The notes under the pieces: generated by a model | What the model was told of the DNA's origin: nothing | The model's input: only the letters and a program-made list of their open reading frames with translations | The model's database searches: none | Source of the DNA: Candidatus Bipolaricaulota bacterium | GTDB taxonomy: Bacteria > Bipolaricaulota > Bipolaricaulia > M55B111 | Direction: 5' to 3' | Length of the DNA stretch: 64,000 nucleotides | Assembly: GCA_021735245.1 (NCBI GenBank) | Contig: JAIPHJ010000001.1 | Location: 20,837 to 84,836 of the forward strand | In this document: one piece after another, positions 40,341 to 50,945 of the stretch | Numbering within the stretch: the stretch's first letter is position 1 | Layout of the letters: each line of letters begins with the position of its first letter | Position numbers and translations under genes: made by a program

Positions 40341-42248
40341 TTGAACGAGGATAACGATTTCAATCGTGACTACGACCGTCATGACGAGGACGACGAAAAG
40401 CACAGAGAAGATAATCAGGGACAATTTAATTTCCCCAACAATAACAACAACTTTCGCAATATAGCTCTTATCGTCGGAGCAATTATACTTTCTTTGATAC
40501 TTTTTCAGACGCTCTTTAATTCTCCGGCCAATCAGGACGAAATCAGTTACACTGAATTCCTCCGCCAGGTAGAATCGGGAAGGATAGCCGAAGTAACTAT
40601 AAAGGGAGGGCTGATAAACGGCGTATACCAGAGCGGGGGCGAGTTCGTAACCAGAGGACCACCCGAATCAAGTGATTATCTTACCAAACTCAGGGATCAG
40701 GGAGTTCGGATAACCTACGAGGAAGCCTCCGAAAGTAACTGGTTCTTTTCCCTACTTATCTCCCTGCTACCCGTCCTGTTGATTATAGGTCTGTGGGTAT
40801 TCATGATGCGCAGGATGCAGGGGAACAACGCACTTAATTTCGGGAAAAGTCAGGCTAATCTGGTGAACAAGGAGTTTTCCGAAGTTACTTTCGACGACTT
40901 TGCCGGCGTGGAAGAAGTAAAGGAAGAAGTCCAGGAAATAGTAGAATACCTAAAAAACCCCAGAAGATTCGAAAAACTGGGTGCCGAAGTCCCGAAAGGA
41001 ATGATCCTCGTAGGGGCTCCCGGAACCGGTAAGACCCTGCTATCGCGTGCAATAGCTGGTGAAGCTGAAGTACCTTTTTACGAGACGAGCGGATCTAACT
41101 TCGTCGAGATGTTCGTAGGAGTAGGAGCTTCGAGGGTCCGTAACATGTTCGAGAAGGCCAAGGAAAACGCTCCTTCGATTATTTTCATCGACGAACTCGA
41201 CGCGATAGGCAGAAAACGCGGTGCGGGATTGGGGGGAGGCCACGACGAAAGAGAACAGACCCTGAACGAGTTACTGTCTGAAATGGATGGTTTTGATCCC
41301 AACGAAGGCGTAATAATACTGGCAGCGACTAACAGGCCCGACGTTCTGGATCCGGCCCTCCTGAGGCCTGGAAGGTTCGATAGGAAAATTACCGTGCCTA
41401 CCCCTGACATCGACGGGAGAAAGGAAATTTTAAAAGTACATACCAAAGACAAAAAACTCTCGGAAGACGTCGATCTGGACGTACTCGCCCGGAGAACCCC
41501 GGGGTTTGTCGGGGCAGATCTCGAAAACCTGGCAAACGAGGCAGCGCTGCTGGCCGGCAGGAAAGGCAAGGAAATAGTAGAAATGACTGACTTCGAGGAA
41601 TCGATAGACAGGGTAATAGCGGGAGTCAAGCGAAAAGGTATGGCAATAAGTGACGAAGAAAAGGAAAAGATTGCCTACCACGAATCGGGCCACGCGATAA
41701 TTGGGAAGCTTCTGCCGAACGCGGACCCCGTACATAAGATATCGATCATCCCGAGATCAAACGGGGCACTCGGATTTACTCTCCAACTGCCGCTCGAGGA
41801 GAAATTCCTAGTATCGAAGTCGGAACTTCTGGACAAGCTAACCACTCTCCTGGGGGGAAGAACTGCGGAGGAGCTGGTTTACAACGAGGTTACAACCGGG
41901 GCTCAGGACGATTTCGAGAAGAGTACGGATATCGCCAAGCGGATGGTAGTCCAGTACGGAATGAGCGACAAACTCGGTCCGATAAACCTGGGCCGGGAAA
42001 ACGGAAACGTATTCCTCGGTGAGGAAATAGTAAAAAGCAACGAACACTCGGAAGAGGTATCCTCCCTGGTGGACAAGGAAATCCGCAAGATAGTCGAAGG
42101 CTGTCACGACAAGGCAAGGGATATCCTCAATCATAATAAAGAAGTGCTGAAGAAACTGGCGGAAAAGCTCATCGAAGTAGAAGAGCTCGAGGGAGATCAA
42201 CTGGAAGAAATTCTCGACCAGGCAGCCTTGCCGGCCGGTAATTCCTAG
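40341..42248 (+). CDS. ftsH: ATP-dependent zinc metalloprotease FtsH
   Basis: AAA+ Walker A GAPGTGKT, a second region of homology, and the HESGH zinc site. It has an acidic low-complexity N-terminal extension. Confidence 0.95.
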   Translation: MNEDNDFNRDYDRHDEDDEKHREDNQGQFNFPNNNNNFRNIALIVGAIILSLILFQTLFNSPANQDEISYTEFLRQVESGRIAEVTIKGGLINGVYQSGGEFVTRGPPESSDYLTKLRDQGVRITYEEASESNWFFSLLISLLPVLLIIGLWVFMMRRMQGNNALNFGKSQANLVNKEFSEVTFDDFAGVEEVKEEVQEIVEYLKNPRRFEKLGAEVPKGMILVGAPGTGKTLLSRAIAGEAEVPFYETSGSNFVEMFVGVGASRVRNMFEKAKENAPSIIFIDELDAIGRKRGAGLGGGHDEREQTLNELLSEMDGFDPNEGVIILAATNRPDVLDPALLRPGRFDRKITVPTPDIDGRKEILKVHTKDKKLSEDVDLDVLARRTPGFVGADLENLANEAALLAGRKGKEIVEMTDFEESIDRVIAGVKRKGMAISDEEKEKIAYHESGHAIIGKLLPNADPVHKISIIPRSNGALGFTLQLPLEEKFLVSKSELLDKLTTLLGGRTAEELVYNEVTTGAQDDFEKSTDIAKRMVVQYGMSDKLGPINLGRENGNVFLGEEIVKSNEHSEEVSSLVDKEIRKIVEGCHDKARDILNHNKEVLKKLAEKLIEVEELEGDQLEEILDQAALPAGNS

Positions 42249-42255
42249 GATTAAC

Positions 42256-43437
42256 ATGGCCACCGACGTCGTAATTCTCGGTTCAACAGGTTCCATCGGC
42301 ACTCAGACCCTTGAAGTAATAGAAGACCTGGAAGCTTCGGATCAGGAAAAGTTTAATATTATAGGGCTTGGCTGTGGTACCAATACCGACCTTCTGGTCC
42401 GCCAGATTAACCGGTTTCACCCCGATACGGTCTCCGTAAAGAGCAGTCAGGAAAAGCAAATTGTTTCCCGGAAGATAACAGAAGAAGTCGAAATAAAAAC
42501 GGGGCCCGAAGGTTTAAATAAACTGGCCAGAATGACGGACTCGGGAACGGTCGTAAACGCTCTGGTCGGGTTCGTTGGACTGGAACCGACGCTGGAAGCA
42601 ATCGACAACTCTTCCCGGCTACTCCTGGCCAACAAAGAATCCCTCGTGGTCGGAGGTCCTCTCGTTTATCGCAAACTAAACGATTCGGAGACCTCACTCA
42701 TCCCTATAGACAGCGAGCATAACGCGATCTTTCAGGCGTTAGAAACGGGAGAAGAGAACGAAGTGGAGCGTTTAGTAATCACCGCTTCAGGAGGACCTTT
42801 TCTGTCGACCCCTCTGGACCGGATAGAGGTCGCTTCTCCGGAGGAAGCGTTAGATCATCCAAACTGGGACATGGGAAGCAGGATAACCTGCGATTCGGCA
42901 TCAATGGTTAACAAGGGACTCGAGGTTATCGAGGCCCACTGGTTGTTCGACCTCCCCTACGAAAAGATTTCAGCGGTGGTCCACCCTCAATCGGTGATCC
43001 ATTCCCTGGTACAGTTTCGTGACGGTTCGATGATTGGAGAGCTGGGAGAGCCCGACATGAAGGTGCCCATTCAGTACGCCCTCACATACCCCAGAAGGCT
43101 TAAAAACAACTACGATCGAACCGACCTGGTTAATCTGGCAAAGCTCGAGTTCAAAGAACTGGAAGAAGAGCGCTATCCCGCATTCAAAGTCGTCGTTGAA
43201 GCCGGAAAGTCCGGAGGTAACAGACCCGCTGCAGTCAACGGAGCAGACGAGGAGTTAATCGACGAATTTCTTGCTGAAAATATTAGATTCGGAGGCATCG
43301 CCAGGGGGTTAGAGCTGGTCCTCGAGGACCTCGAGCCTGTTGAAAATCCGACGTTGGAGGACCTAAAATCGACTGACGCCTGGGCGAGAAAAAAGGCCAG
43401 GTCCCTGGTAAAAGAAAAGATAATCGGAGATCGATAA
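42256..43437 (+). CDS. dxr: 1-deoxy-D-xylulose 5-phosphate reductoisomerase
   Basis: GSTGSIGTQTL NADPH-binding motif. Confidence 0.9.
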   Translation: MATDVVILGSTGSIGTQTLEVIEDLEASDQEKFNIIGLGCGTNTDLLVRQINRFHPDTVSVKSSQEKQIVSRKITEEVEIKTGPEGLNKLARMTDSGTVVNALVGFVGLEPTLEAIDNSSRLLLANKESLVVGGPLVYRKLNDSETSLIPIDSEHNAIFQALETGEENEVERLVITASGGPFLSTPLDRIEVASPEEALDHPNWDMGSRITCDSASMVNKGLEVIEAHWLFDLPYEKISAVVHPQSVIHSLVQFRDGSMIGELGEPDMKVPIQYALTYPRRLKNNYDRTDLVNLAKLEFKELEEERYPAFKVVVEAGKSGGNRPAAVNGADEELIDEFLAENIRFGGIARGLELVLEDLEPVENPTLEDLKSTDAWARKKARSLVKEKIIGDR

Positions 43438-43441
43438 AAAC

Positions 43442-44095
43442 ATGTCAGATAAATGCGTATACGGTGGAAAGCGTAAAGGAGAAAGGGAGTGCCCGGCGCT
43501 AGGGGGTATGATCTGCAGCAGGTGCTGTGGTGAACACCGGGGCGTCGAGATAAACTGTCCTCCCGATTGTCGCTACTTCAAAAAGCACGAAGAATTTCAG
43601 CAGACCAAACACGCGGAGTCCTATCGGCAGACCTGGGCGGAAAAGAACCAGGACCTTCTGGAAGAAGAGAACCGCGAACTAATAGAAGCGATCGGAGTCC
43701 TGGAAACGCTGATCTACTACCGCTACAGGGACGACACCAGACTTACGGACAAAAAAGTAATTAACGGCCTGAAGGGGCTCGAAAACAAGTTCAAGACGAT
43801 TGAATTACCGGGATCTCCCTCTGAATTTACCGACTTTGCCCACGAGGAACTCCAACCGCTGCTCGAGAAAGGCAGATTTTCTCGTGAATTGCTAAAAGAA
43901 GCGGCATCGAGGCTGATTACGATCGCAGAAGATTATACTGACGACTCCAGACAACTGGTTCAGGGGGTCGTTGGGAGAATCAAGGAAGATTACGACCTTC
44001 CGGCAAAAGATCACGAAAGCAGGACGGAAGAGATCGAATCGCTGATTACCACCCCGGGTCAGTTCAATCAGGGAGGACCGGGACCCAACCGTTGA
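43442..44095 (+). CDS. Hypothetical Cys-rich protein (7 Cys in the first 45 residues, then a helical domain)
   Basis: N-terminus C-x11-C-x7-C-x2-CC-x9-C-x3-C. No recognisable family. Confidence 0.4.
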   Translation: MSDKCVYGGKRKGERECPALGGMICSRCCGEHRGVEINCPPDCRYFKKHEEFQQTKHAESYRQTWAEKNQDLLEEENRELIEAIGVLETLIYYRYRDDTRLTDKKVINGLKGLENKFKTIELPGSPSEFTDFAHEELQPLLEKGRFSRELLKEAASRLITIAEDYTDDSRQLVQGVVGRIKEDYDLPAKDHESRTEEIESLITTPGQFNQGGPGPNR

Positions 44096-44383
44096 ACGAC
44101 GAGCAGGGCCCTGATTGAACTCAGTTCTTTCACCAACGGCGGATTTAGCCCCCGGCTCGAAAACTGAAGTCGACCTTCATGAATTAAGTTTCGGTTTCAT
44201 ACGATGATGAAAGGTTTGAGTTAAACCTAAGTTGAGCGATCCTCTCGTTTAAGACCAACTTCTAAGACAGAATACAAAAGAAAGTGACTTACGTTGGATA
44301 AACCTAATTATCTCACCCACTGGGTGATGATTAAAAGGTTAATCAAAATTACTCTCCCATAACTTTCACTCAGCCCTCAGGTG

Positions 44384-44506
44384 TCCAGCACTTAGTTGAG
44401 GATCGTAACCTGGTTACGACTAAGTAAATTATATTAACTCGGGCTGCCCTACGTCTTAAACGTATAAACTTATGATCCAGACTATGTGTCTCAACTAAGT
44501 GCTGGA
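44384..44506. repeat. Perfect 17-nt inverted repeat with an 89-nt spacer, inside a 498-nt palindrome-rich intergenic region
   Basis: TCCAGCACTTAGTTGAG at 44384-44400, and its reverse complement at 44490-44506. Confidence 0.8.
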
Positions 44507-44593
44507 GGACCTATTTTCGCTTTTAAAATATATTTTACGGAGTATCTTATTCTTTACAGCTAACAGAACAAAACAGCTCAATTTAGGTTAAAT

Positions 44594-46114
44594 TCAATCA
44601 CCGAGCTTTACAAGTTCTTCAAGGTAGGTTTCTTTCAGCCCAAAGGCCAATCCTCCCAATACGTAACCCACAATTCCCGCAATTACACCTGAGGCCACTA
44701 CCGAAAAGTCGCTGGCAAACGGTATGAACTCTCGCACTGCCAGAACGACCGCCCCCATGACCCCTGCTGAAGCCAGAACTTTTGCCAGGAAGAAGTTTCC
44801 GGGAAGGAATTCCTGGAGACCTGTCTTATTTCGAAACGCAACCAACAACAGTAATCCATTGACTAGTCCACTCACGCCGGTAGCCAGAGCCAAGCCCCCT
44901 ACTTTCATCGGGCCGATTAGCAAGAGGTCCAGCCCAACATTAACTCCAACAGCTATCGAACTTATTACTACCGGGGTAAACGTATCCTTCATGGAATAAA
45001 AAGCTCGAGAAAAGAGCGTAACGAAGCTGTAGCCAACCAACCCGACCAAATATAGATGAAGTACGTGGGTCGTCCTGACCGTGTCCGACGGGAGGAAGTT
45101 TCTATGCTCGAACAGAAGCTTTATTATCGGTTTACCCAGGATAAACAGGCCGAGCGTCGCTGGAACCACTATCAACAGCGATATCTTTATCCCCCGGTTC
45201 AGCATCTTCGCGTAGTCTGACTTCTCGCCTGTTGCCCACTTTTCAGATAGCCTGGGGAGTATGGCGGTAGATATCGCAATGGCAAACAACCCGAGCGGAA
45301 GCTGATATAGCCTGGTGGCATACTGAAGTGACGAAACGGACCCGGCAACCAGGTGGGACGCGAGTTTGTTATCGACCATTACGTTGACCTGCATCGCGAC
45401 CAACCCGAGCACCACAGGAGCCATCATTTTCAATGCTCTCTTAAGTCCCGGGTGTAAGGGAAATAGAACGGGTGCCCAGGAGAAGCCGCTCCGCTTCAAA
45501 TAGGGAAGCTGAAAAGCAAGCTGCCCCACACCGCCCAGGAGCACACCGACAGCCAGTCCAAATATGGGTCTAGAAAAGTAACTTCCCAGGAACAGAGCGC
45601 CAACTATAACACCTACATTAAAGAACACCGGAGCAAACGCCGGGGCAAAGAAGGTTTTTTTCGATTTTAGTATACCCATAACGAGCGCTGCCATGCCAAT
45701 TATGCCTATAAACGGGAAAATTACTCTCGTAAGTTCGACCGTCAATTCCTGCTGGGAGGGTGAGAAACCGGAAGCGAGAAAGGGAATGAAGTACGGGGCA
45801 AGCAAAATTCCCCCCAGGACTATCAGCGGAAAGGTCAATATAGACAGATTTATGGCGTTGGCAGCCAGCTTGCTGGCTTCCCGGGGATCGTTTTTGAGAT
45901 AGTCGGTATAGATCGGGATAAAGGAAAGGGCGAGCGCCCCTTCCGCAAGCAACCTTCTGAGGAAATGAGGTACGTAGAAAGCAATTAGATAAGCGTCGTA
46001 AGCCGCTCCGGCACCGAACCTGTCGGCAATTACTATATCCCGGAACAGGCCGAACACGCGTGATACTGCAGTGGCCCCGGCGATAATTATTATATCCCTG
46101 GCAAACCGTCTCAT
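44594..46114 (-). CDS. murJ: Lipid II flippase MurJ (MviN)
   Basis: 506 aa with about 14 TM helices and a MurJ-family N-terminus. Confidence 0.85.
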   Translation of the reverse strand: MRRFARDIIIIAGATAVSRVFGLFRDIVIADRFGAGAAYDAYLIAFYVPHFLRRLLAEGALALSFIPIYTDYLKNDPREASKLAANAINLSILTFPLIVLGGILLAPYFIPFLASGFSPSQQELTVELTRVIFPFIGIIGMAALVMGILKSKKTFFAPAFAPVFFNVGVIVGALFLGSYFSRPIFGLAVGVLLGGVGQLAFQLPYLKRSGFSWAPVLFPLHPGLKRALKMMAPVVLGLVAMQVNVMVDNKLASHLVAGSVSSLQYATRLYQLPLGLFAIAISTAILPRLSEKWATGEKSDYAKMLNRGIKISLLIVVPATLGLFILGKPIIKLLFEHRNFLPSDTVRTTHVLHLYLVGLVGYSFVTLFSRAFYSMKDTFTPVVISSIAVGVNVGLDLLLIGPMKVGGLALATGVSGLVNGLLLLVAFRNKTGLQEFLPGNFFLAKVLASAGVMGAVVLAVREFIPFASDFSVVASGVIAGIVGYVLGGLAFGLKETYLEELVKLGD

Positions 46115-46116
46115 GG

Positions 46117-47826
46117 TTACCTGGGTATTAAGGCCAACCCAACCGGAATTCGTCTGGTTCCCCCTACAGTTTCGATTCTAACCCCGTCCCGGTAAATCAT
46201 TCCGGCGGAGGAACCACCGTCGAAGGCTATTGCGTTCACGATATCCAGCCCCGATTTACTCAGCAATCCTGGTAAAGCCTCTAGACCCACCCCAGCACCG
46301 GAAACCACAATAAAGAGCAGGCTACCTTCCCCTGTGGTCGCCAGAATTGTCCTCCTTGCTCGGGATTGCACTAGTCCGCCGTTATAGGAAAAATTCTCTT
46401 CTTCGAGATTCAGGACGTTCCTCCCGTTTTTTATCAGAAGCGGCCCCGCACTTACCGCTCCTCTCAACATGGGCACAAACGGATCCATTGTCCAGTCAAA
46501 CTCCGCCTCGTCCCCTTTCCTCAGCCCTTCCAGTTTCGCCCTTTCCCTGCCGGTAGCAACTACTACCGTCCGATTACGTTCGAGAGAAGTCGGCGGAGTA
46601 GAAGACCGGGTGAAAACTTGTCCGTTCTGAATCTCCAGATATACGGAAGAGCCACCGGAACTAATTCTCTTGCCGTACTCGGAAGTATAAACTACCAGAT
46701 CGTCGTCCCCGGCGGGTCTGTTCAGACCCTGAACCTCAACTTCCCCCCCTGAAGTCCGGAGGAACAGATCCAGGTCGGGCCGGAAAAATTTCAATCGACC
46801 GAAGTAATCGATCCCGACCGCAGCCCTGTTTCCCCAGTCCCGTGAGAGCAATTCTCCGTCCTTGATAATCAATCCTATCGGAGTGTACGTTCCCGGGTCA
46901 AAGAAGTTGGCATTTAGCCCGGCGACGCCAAAATTTTCCCGGACGAGCCTGGAGAGCTCACTCCCTCTACCTACTTTCCCTCCCGACAGAACGGGTACGA
47001 GTCGGTACTCCTCGCTCCAGTCGGATATTTCCAGGTAGTGAAGCGTCTGCCTCCCCCCGTCCGCCCAGAGCTGCATCTGATTGTAGGAAAAATTCTGGTT
47101 CGTCGTGAGCTTGTCGGTGGCCGGAGCAAAAGAACTTTCGCCCTCTTTTTCGTGGAATTCAATCTGAAAATGAAATCCCGACTCCCCCCGGTGGGTTTTT
47201 ATGGTAGTTCCAACCCCCTTTTTTAAACTCAACCGCAAAACAATCTGTTGATCCCGGCGGGTTACAACGGAGGCTTCATTAAGGTAAGAACTAACTTTTT
47301 GAAAGTTTATCCCCCCGGCACCCGAGGATTTTGTTGCGTTAAAAAACCTCAAATCAAGAATGTTGCCGGTCGTCGATCGGGAAAAACTCGAGTACCTGTC
47401 AAAATTTAGGGAAAGCTCGCCGGACCGGGTCGAAACCGAAAGTAGTTTAGCAGGTTTTATCCTTACATCAGCTCTATTTCCCCGATAATTCACCTGGCCG
47501 CCGAGGTTCTCAACCAGCAAGTCCAGGTCTATGAATTGGTTGCCGCTGGCTCCGGAAAGTGTTTTTTTATCTACGTAAAACGAATCCGTCTTACCCCACT
47601 CTAAGACATACCCCCCGTCTCTGCCCGGATCCGTCCGGGCTCCAAACAGCCGAGCCGCTTGTTTCAGAGGGACCTGGGGTCCGTCTGAAGAACCAATTAC
47701 TTCAAGACCGTCGAGTCGGTCACCGTTCAAAAATACGGTAGGAGTCCCGCCGGAAAGTAGAAGGACGGAAGCTGCTGTCAGAGCAAACGCAGCCAGTACC
47801 AGTGCCCTCGTAACCCCTGAATCCAT
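46117..47826 (-). CDS. Secreted phosphodiester glycosidase-family protein (DUF2233-like)
   Basis: Signal peptide. C-terminal ...AFDGGSSAGMIYRDG... is typical of this family. The gene abuts murJ. Confidence 0.6.
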   Translation of the reverse strand: MDSGVTRALVLAAFALTAASVLLLSGGTPTVFLNGDRLDGLEVIGSSDGPQVPLKQAARLFGARTDPGRDGGYVLEWGKTDSFYVDKKTLSGASGNQFIDLDLLVENLGGQVNYRGNRADVRIKPAKLLSVSTRSGELSLNFDRYSSFSRSTTGNILDLRFFNATKSSGAGGINFQKVSSYLNEASVVTRRDQQIVLRLSLKKGVGTTIKTHRGESGFHFQIEFHEKEGESSFAPATDKLTTNQNFSYNQMQLWADGGRQTLHYLEISDWSEEYRLVPVLSGGKVGRGSELSRLVRENFGVAGLNANFFDPGTYTPIGLIIKDGELLSRDWGNRAAVGIDYFGRLKFFRPDLDLFLRTSGGEVEVQGLNRPAGDDDLVVYTSEYGKRISSGGSSVYLEIQNGQVFTRSSTPPTSLERNRTVVVATGRERAKLEGLRKGDEAEFDWTMDPFVPMLRGAVSAGPLLIKNGRNVLNLEEENFSYNGGLVQSRARRTILATTGEGSLLFIVVSGAGVGLEALPGLLSKSGLDIVNAIAFDGGSSAGMIYRDGVRIETVGGTRRIPVGLALIPR

Positions 47827-47876
47827 TTAGCAATGACTCCGGTGGTTAGTTGCCTTGCCCAACCCGGGGAAGCCGA

Positions 47877-48365
47877 TCAACTTTCTTCCTCTGGTTCTTC
47901 TTCAGTGGATTCTTCCTCTTCTACGTTAACTTTTATATTGGCGTGAATGTCTTCGTACAGTCTTATTTCGACTCCGAACTGCCCCAGCTCTTCTATCGGA
48001 GAGTCGAGCCTTACCGCTTCGGGTGGCAGGTCAATACCCGTCTCTTCCTTTATGGATCCCACTATATCTTTCTTCCTTACGGAACCGTAAAGATGATGTT
48101 CTTCCTGAGCTTTACGATAGAACACCAGCTCTAATCCGTTTAGTTCGTCGGCTCGTTCCTCGGCCCGTTCCCGTCTCTCCTCTTTTTTTTGGCTTATTTC
48201 CTTCCTGATCTTCTCGTAGCGTCTTTTGTTTCCCACCGTCGGTTCGACAGCCAGCCCTTTTGGAAGCAAGTAGTTCCTCCCATAACCATCGGAAACTTCT
48301 ACTTTTTCCCCGACTTCACCTAGATCTTCTACCTCTTCGGTTAGTATTAATTCCACTGATTCCAC
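47877..48365 (-). CDS. rplI: 50S ribosomal protein L9
   Basis: ILTEEVEDLGEVGEKVEVSDGYGRNYLLPKGLA, with an acidic C-terminal tail. Confidence 0.9.
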   Translation of the reverse strand: MESVELILTEEVEDLGEVGEKVEVSDGYGRNYLLPKGLAVEPTVGNKRRYEKIRKEISQKKEERRERAEERADELNGLELVFYRKAQEEHHLYGSVRKKDIVGSIKEETGIDLPPEAVRLDSPIEELGQFGVEIRLYEDIHANIKVNVEEEESTEEEPEEES

Positions 48366-48612
48366 CCCTAAAAGTTATCTTAATGGTAAAATCCCTATCG
48401 ATTCGAGTTAAATTTCTCTCCAGTTCGTTCCTTTCCGAACTTCAAAAAGCTCTGTAATTCTACGACTCAATACTATTTCGTTCAAGATCGAGGAAAGCGC
48501 CAGCTCTGGAATGAGGCTTAAAAACTAACTAAAATATCGGTTCTTTAACCATCAATTAAAAGAGAGGCGTGAGATGGGCAAAGAGTTCGTTTTACCCTAC
48601 ATACACTCAGGC

Positions 48613-48673
48613 GCTACCTGGCTGCCGGAATTTTCGATATATTTGAGTTTCTCGAGGTTAAATCAGCTGCCAG
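48613..48673 (+). repeat. Conserved intergenic element, copy B
   Basis: Pattern TACCTGGCTGCC-N16-TTGAGTTTC-N3-AGGTTAAATCAGCTGCCAGGA. Confidence 0.6.
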
Positions 48674-48784
48674 GAAAGCGATCAGAGGGTAAATAGTGGG
48701 CCAGAAAGATAATCACGGAGATGGTAAAGAAACTGAGTGTGGATAATATCTAGTACCAGTCGTGGACCGAACCGATTCAGTCCA

Positions 48785-49681
48785 TCAAAATTTTTCTTCT
48801 TTAAGTACCCGGGCCTTCTCCTTTGTAATTTTATTAATCAGCGGGTACTCCTCACCCAAAGAACCGGACAAAACCTTATCGAGGAGGTCTCGTGCCATCT
48901 CTTTCTTTCCCTTCTTTAGAGCATAGTACTTGGCGTAAGAAAAGTAATTTTCCAGACAGTTTGGCGCAAGCTCGATCGCCCTTTCAAAGTGTTTCTTTAC
49001 CTTCTCCCAGCTTAGATCGTACTTATTGACCTGCATAATGGTTACCGGCCACCTGCCGAGTAATTCTCCGGCAATCGACCCCAGAGCCCGATGCGCGCCT
49101 CCACCCAGGTAAGTTTCGTCAAGGCTCACCGCCCGACGATTTAAAGCTACGAGGGCGGGAAGATCGCCGAGTGAGTCCAGTATACCTTTGGTCTCCCCCA
49201 GGCGCCCGAGATTCGCCCCCGTCCAGAAGACCGCTTCTACGTCTACAACCGTTTCCGGAAGGTTTTTAAGTGCCTTGAACCCTTCTTCTTCGTAAAGTTC
49301 AGCAAACTCTTTATTGGACTTCAGGCTTCTTAATCCGTACTTGTACCCCGTCCGGTAAGCGGACCTTCTTTCTTCCGTTCCTTCCAGGTAAGCTTCCGCC
49401 AGAGTAAAGTAACCCAGCGAAAGCCTGGTTAAAGCGTGGCGATTATCCGGATCGACCGTTAGGACGTCCCGGTAAAGTCCCATGGCGTCTCTCAACCGAT
49501 CCTCTGTTCTAGTAACAGTTCGTGCTTCCCGGGCGACCCGGTCAGCTTCCCTTAACAGTTCCCGAAGGCTTCTATCTCCACCAATCTCCCCCGTTTCAGC
49601 GGATGACCCTGCTCCCGTCACTAGGAGCAGTAACAAAATAAAAACCGATAAATAGGCCGATAATTTTTTCTTATTATTCAT
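48785..49681 (-). CDS. TPR-repeat lipoprotein/secreted protein
   Basis: Signal peptide MNNKKKLSAYLSVFILLLLL followed by TPR-like helical repeats. Confidence 0.55.
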   Translation of the reverse strand: MNNKKKLSAYLSVFILLLLLVTGAGSSAETGEIGGDRSLRELLREADRVAREARTVTRTEDRLRDAMGLYRDVLTVDPDNRHALTRLSLGYFTLAEAYLEGTEERRSAYRTGYKYGLRSLKSNKEFAELYEEEGFKALKNLPETVVDVEAVFWTGANLGRLGETKGILDSLGDLPALVALNRRAVSLDETYLGGGAHRALGSIAGELLGRWPVTIMQVNKYDLSWEKVKKHFERAIELAPNCLENYFSYAKYYALKKGKKEMARDLLDKVLSGSLGEEYPLINKITKEKARVLKEEKF

Positions 49682-49838
49682 ATCCAGAAAGTTTAACAAA
49701 AATTTGTTAATTATATTGAGCCGTCTCCCTGGTGTAAACACGGAGGTAACGAGAGGAAGTTAAACCGGGTAACAGGTTAAGGCTTAACCGGAATAAGATC
49801 TGCTCCATCGGGTTTCGCATCACCGGGTGCGATCAACC

Positions 49839-50519
49839 TCACAGATAACCCTTCCTTTTCAGGCTGACTTCTCCGTATTTTCCCACTATCACGTGGTCTA
49901 TCAAGGTAATACCCAGATTTCTTAACGTGGACCTAACCCTCTCGGTCACGTTTATGTCGGCCTCGGAAGGATCGGCTTTTCCTCCGGGATGGTTATGGGC
50001 CAGGATAACTCCACTGCTGTTATGCTTCAGACAGCTTTTGGCGACCTCCCTCGGCTCGATCTGGACTTCGTTGAGAGAACCGTAGAAGATCGTTTCCTCG
50101 TGGATGAGCTCGTTCGCGTTATTAAGGTGAAGAACTCTCAATTCCTCTCTTTCCAGCCTTCTCATTTCAGGGTTCAAGTGTCCAAGGACGTCCTCCATGC
50201 CGAATATCTCTTCTCCCGTGGCCAGTTCGTCCCTAGCAAGCCTTTTTCCCAGCTCGAAAACAGCGAGAATTTGACCGGCCTTCACCTTCCCGATACCCTT
50301 ATAGCTCTGGAGTTCCTGTAGAGTGGAATTTGAAAGATTATCAAGATCTAAGTCTCGAAGGATTTCCCGGGTCACTTCCAGAACGTTCTTCCCTTCTATT
50401 CCGGACCTTATAATCAACGCAAGAAGTTCCGAATCACTGAGGTAATCCGGACCGTTCTGTTCCAGCTTTTCCCTGGGTCGGTCATCCGGTGGTAACTCGT
50501 GTATTGTATACTCAGCCAT
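49839..50519 (-). CDS. radC: RadC-family JAMM protein (UPF0758)
   Basis: HhH N-terminus and HNHPGG JAMM motif. Confidence 0.85.
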   Translation of the reverse strand: MAEYTIHELPPDDRPREKLEQNGPDYLSDSELLALIIRSGIEGKNVLEVTREILRDLDLDNLSNSTLQELQSYKGIGKVKAGQILAVFELGKRLARDELATGEEIFGMEDVLGHLNPEMRRLEREELRVLHLNNANELIHEETIFYGSLNEVQIEPREVAKSCLKHNSSGVILAHNHPGGKADPSEADINVTERVRSTLRNLGITLIDHVIVGKYGEVSLKRKGYL

Positions 50520-50594
50520 GGATCAGCCTGGTCAGCTCAAAGAGATCGTATTTGGTATACCAAAAAACTCAAGGTTCGTCCACGCTCCGAAGGT

Positions 50595-50882
50595 TCAAAG
50601 GTTTTCCTTTACATCTTCCACCTTTCCTTCTATCCTGCCTGACTTCCCAGCGTGGTCATCTACTTTAATATGCGTTTCCACCCGATCGTAATCTTCTCTA
50701 AGAAGGTGATGACATTTCTTGATTACTTTCAATACTTCGTCCCAGTCGCCCTCAATTATCGTTCCCATTGCCGTTAACTGGTGTTCCAGTCCGCTGGATT
50801 CGATTATCTTTTTTACCTCGGCGATCTCCTCACCCAACCCACTTTCTTTTCCCATGGGGTAAGTGTCGAACTCGACGATCAT
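50595..50882 (-). CDS. MTH1187/YkoF-family protein (thiamine-binding DUF77 fold)
   Basis: About 95 aa from MIVEFDTYPMG. Confidence 0.6.
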   Translation of the reverse strand: MIVEFDTYPMGKESGLGEEIAEVKKIIESSGLEHQLTAMGTIIEGDWDEVLKVIKKCHHLLREDYDRVETHIKVDDHAGKSGRIEGKVEDVKENL

Positions 50883-50945
50883 ATTACACCTCCGGCGGGC
50901 TTCCCCAATCTCTCCAATCATTTATTTACCTAAGGGTTGCTGCTC

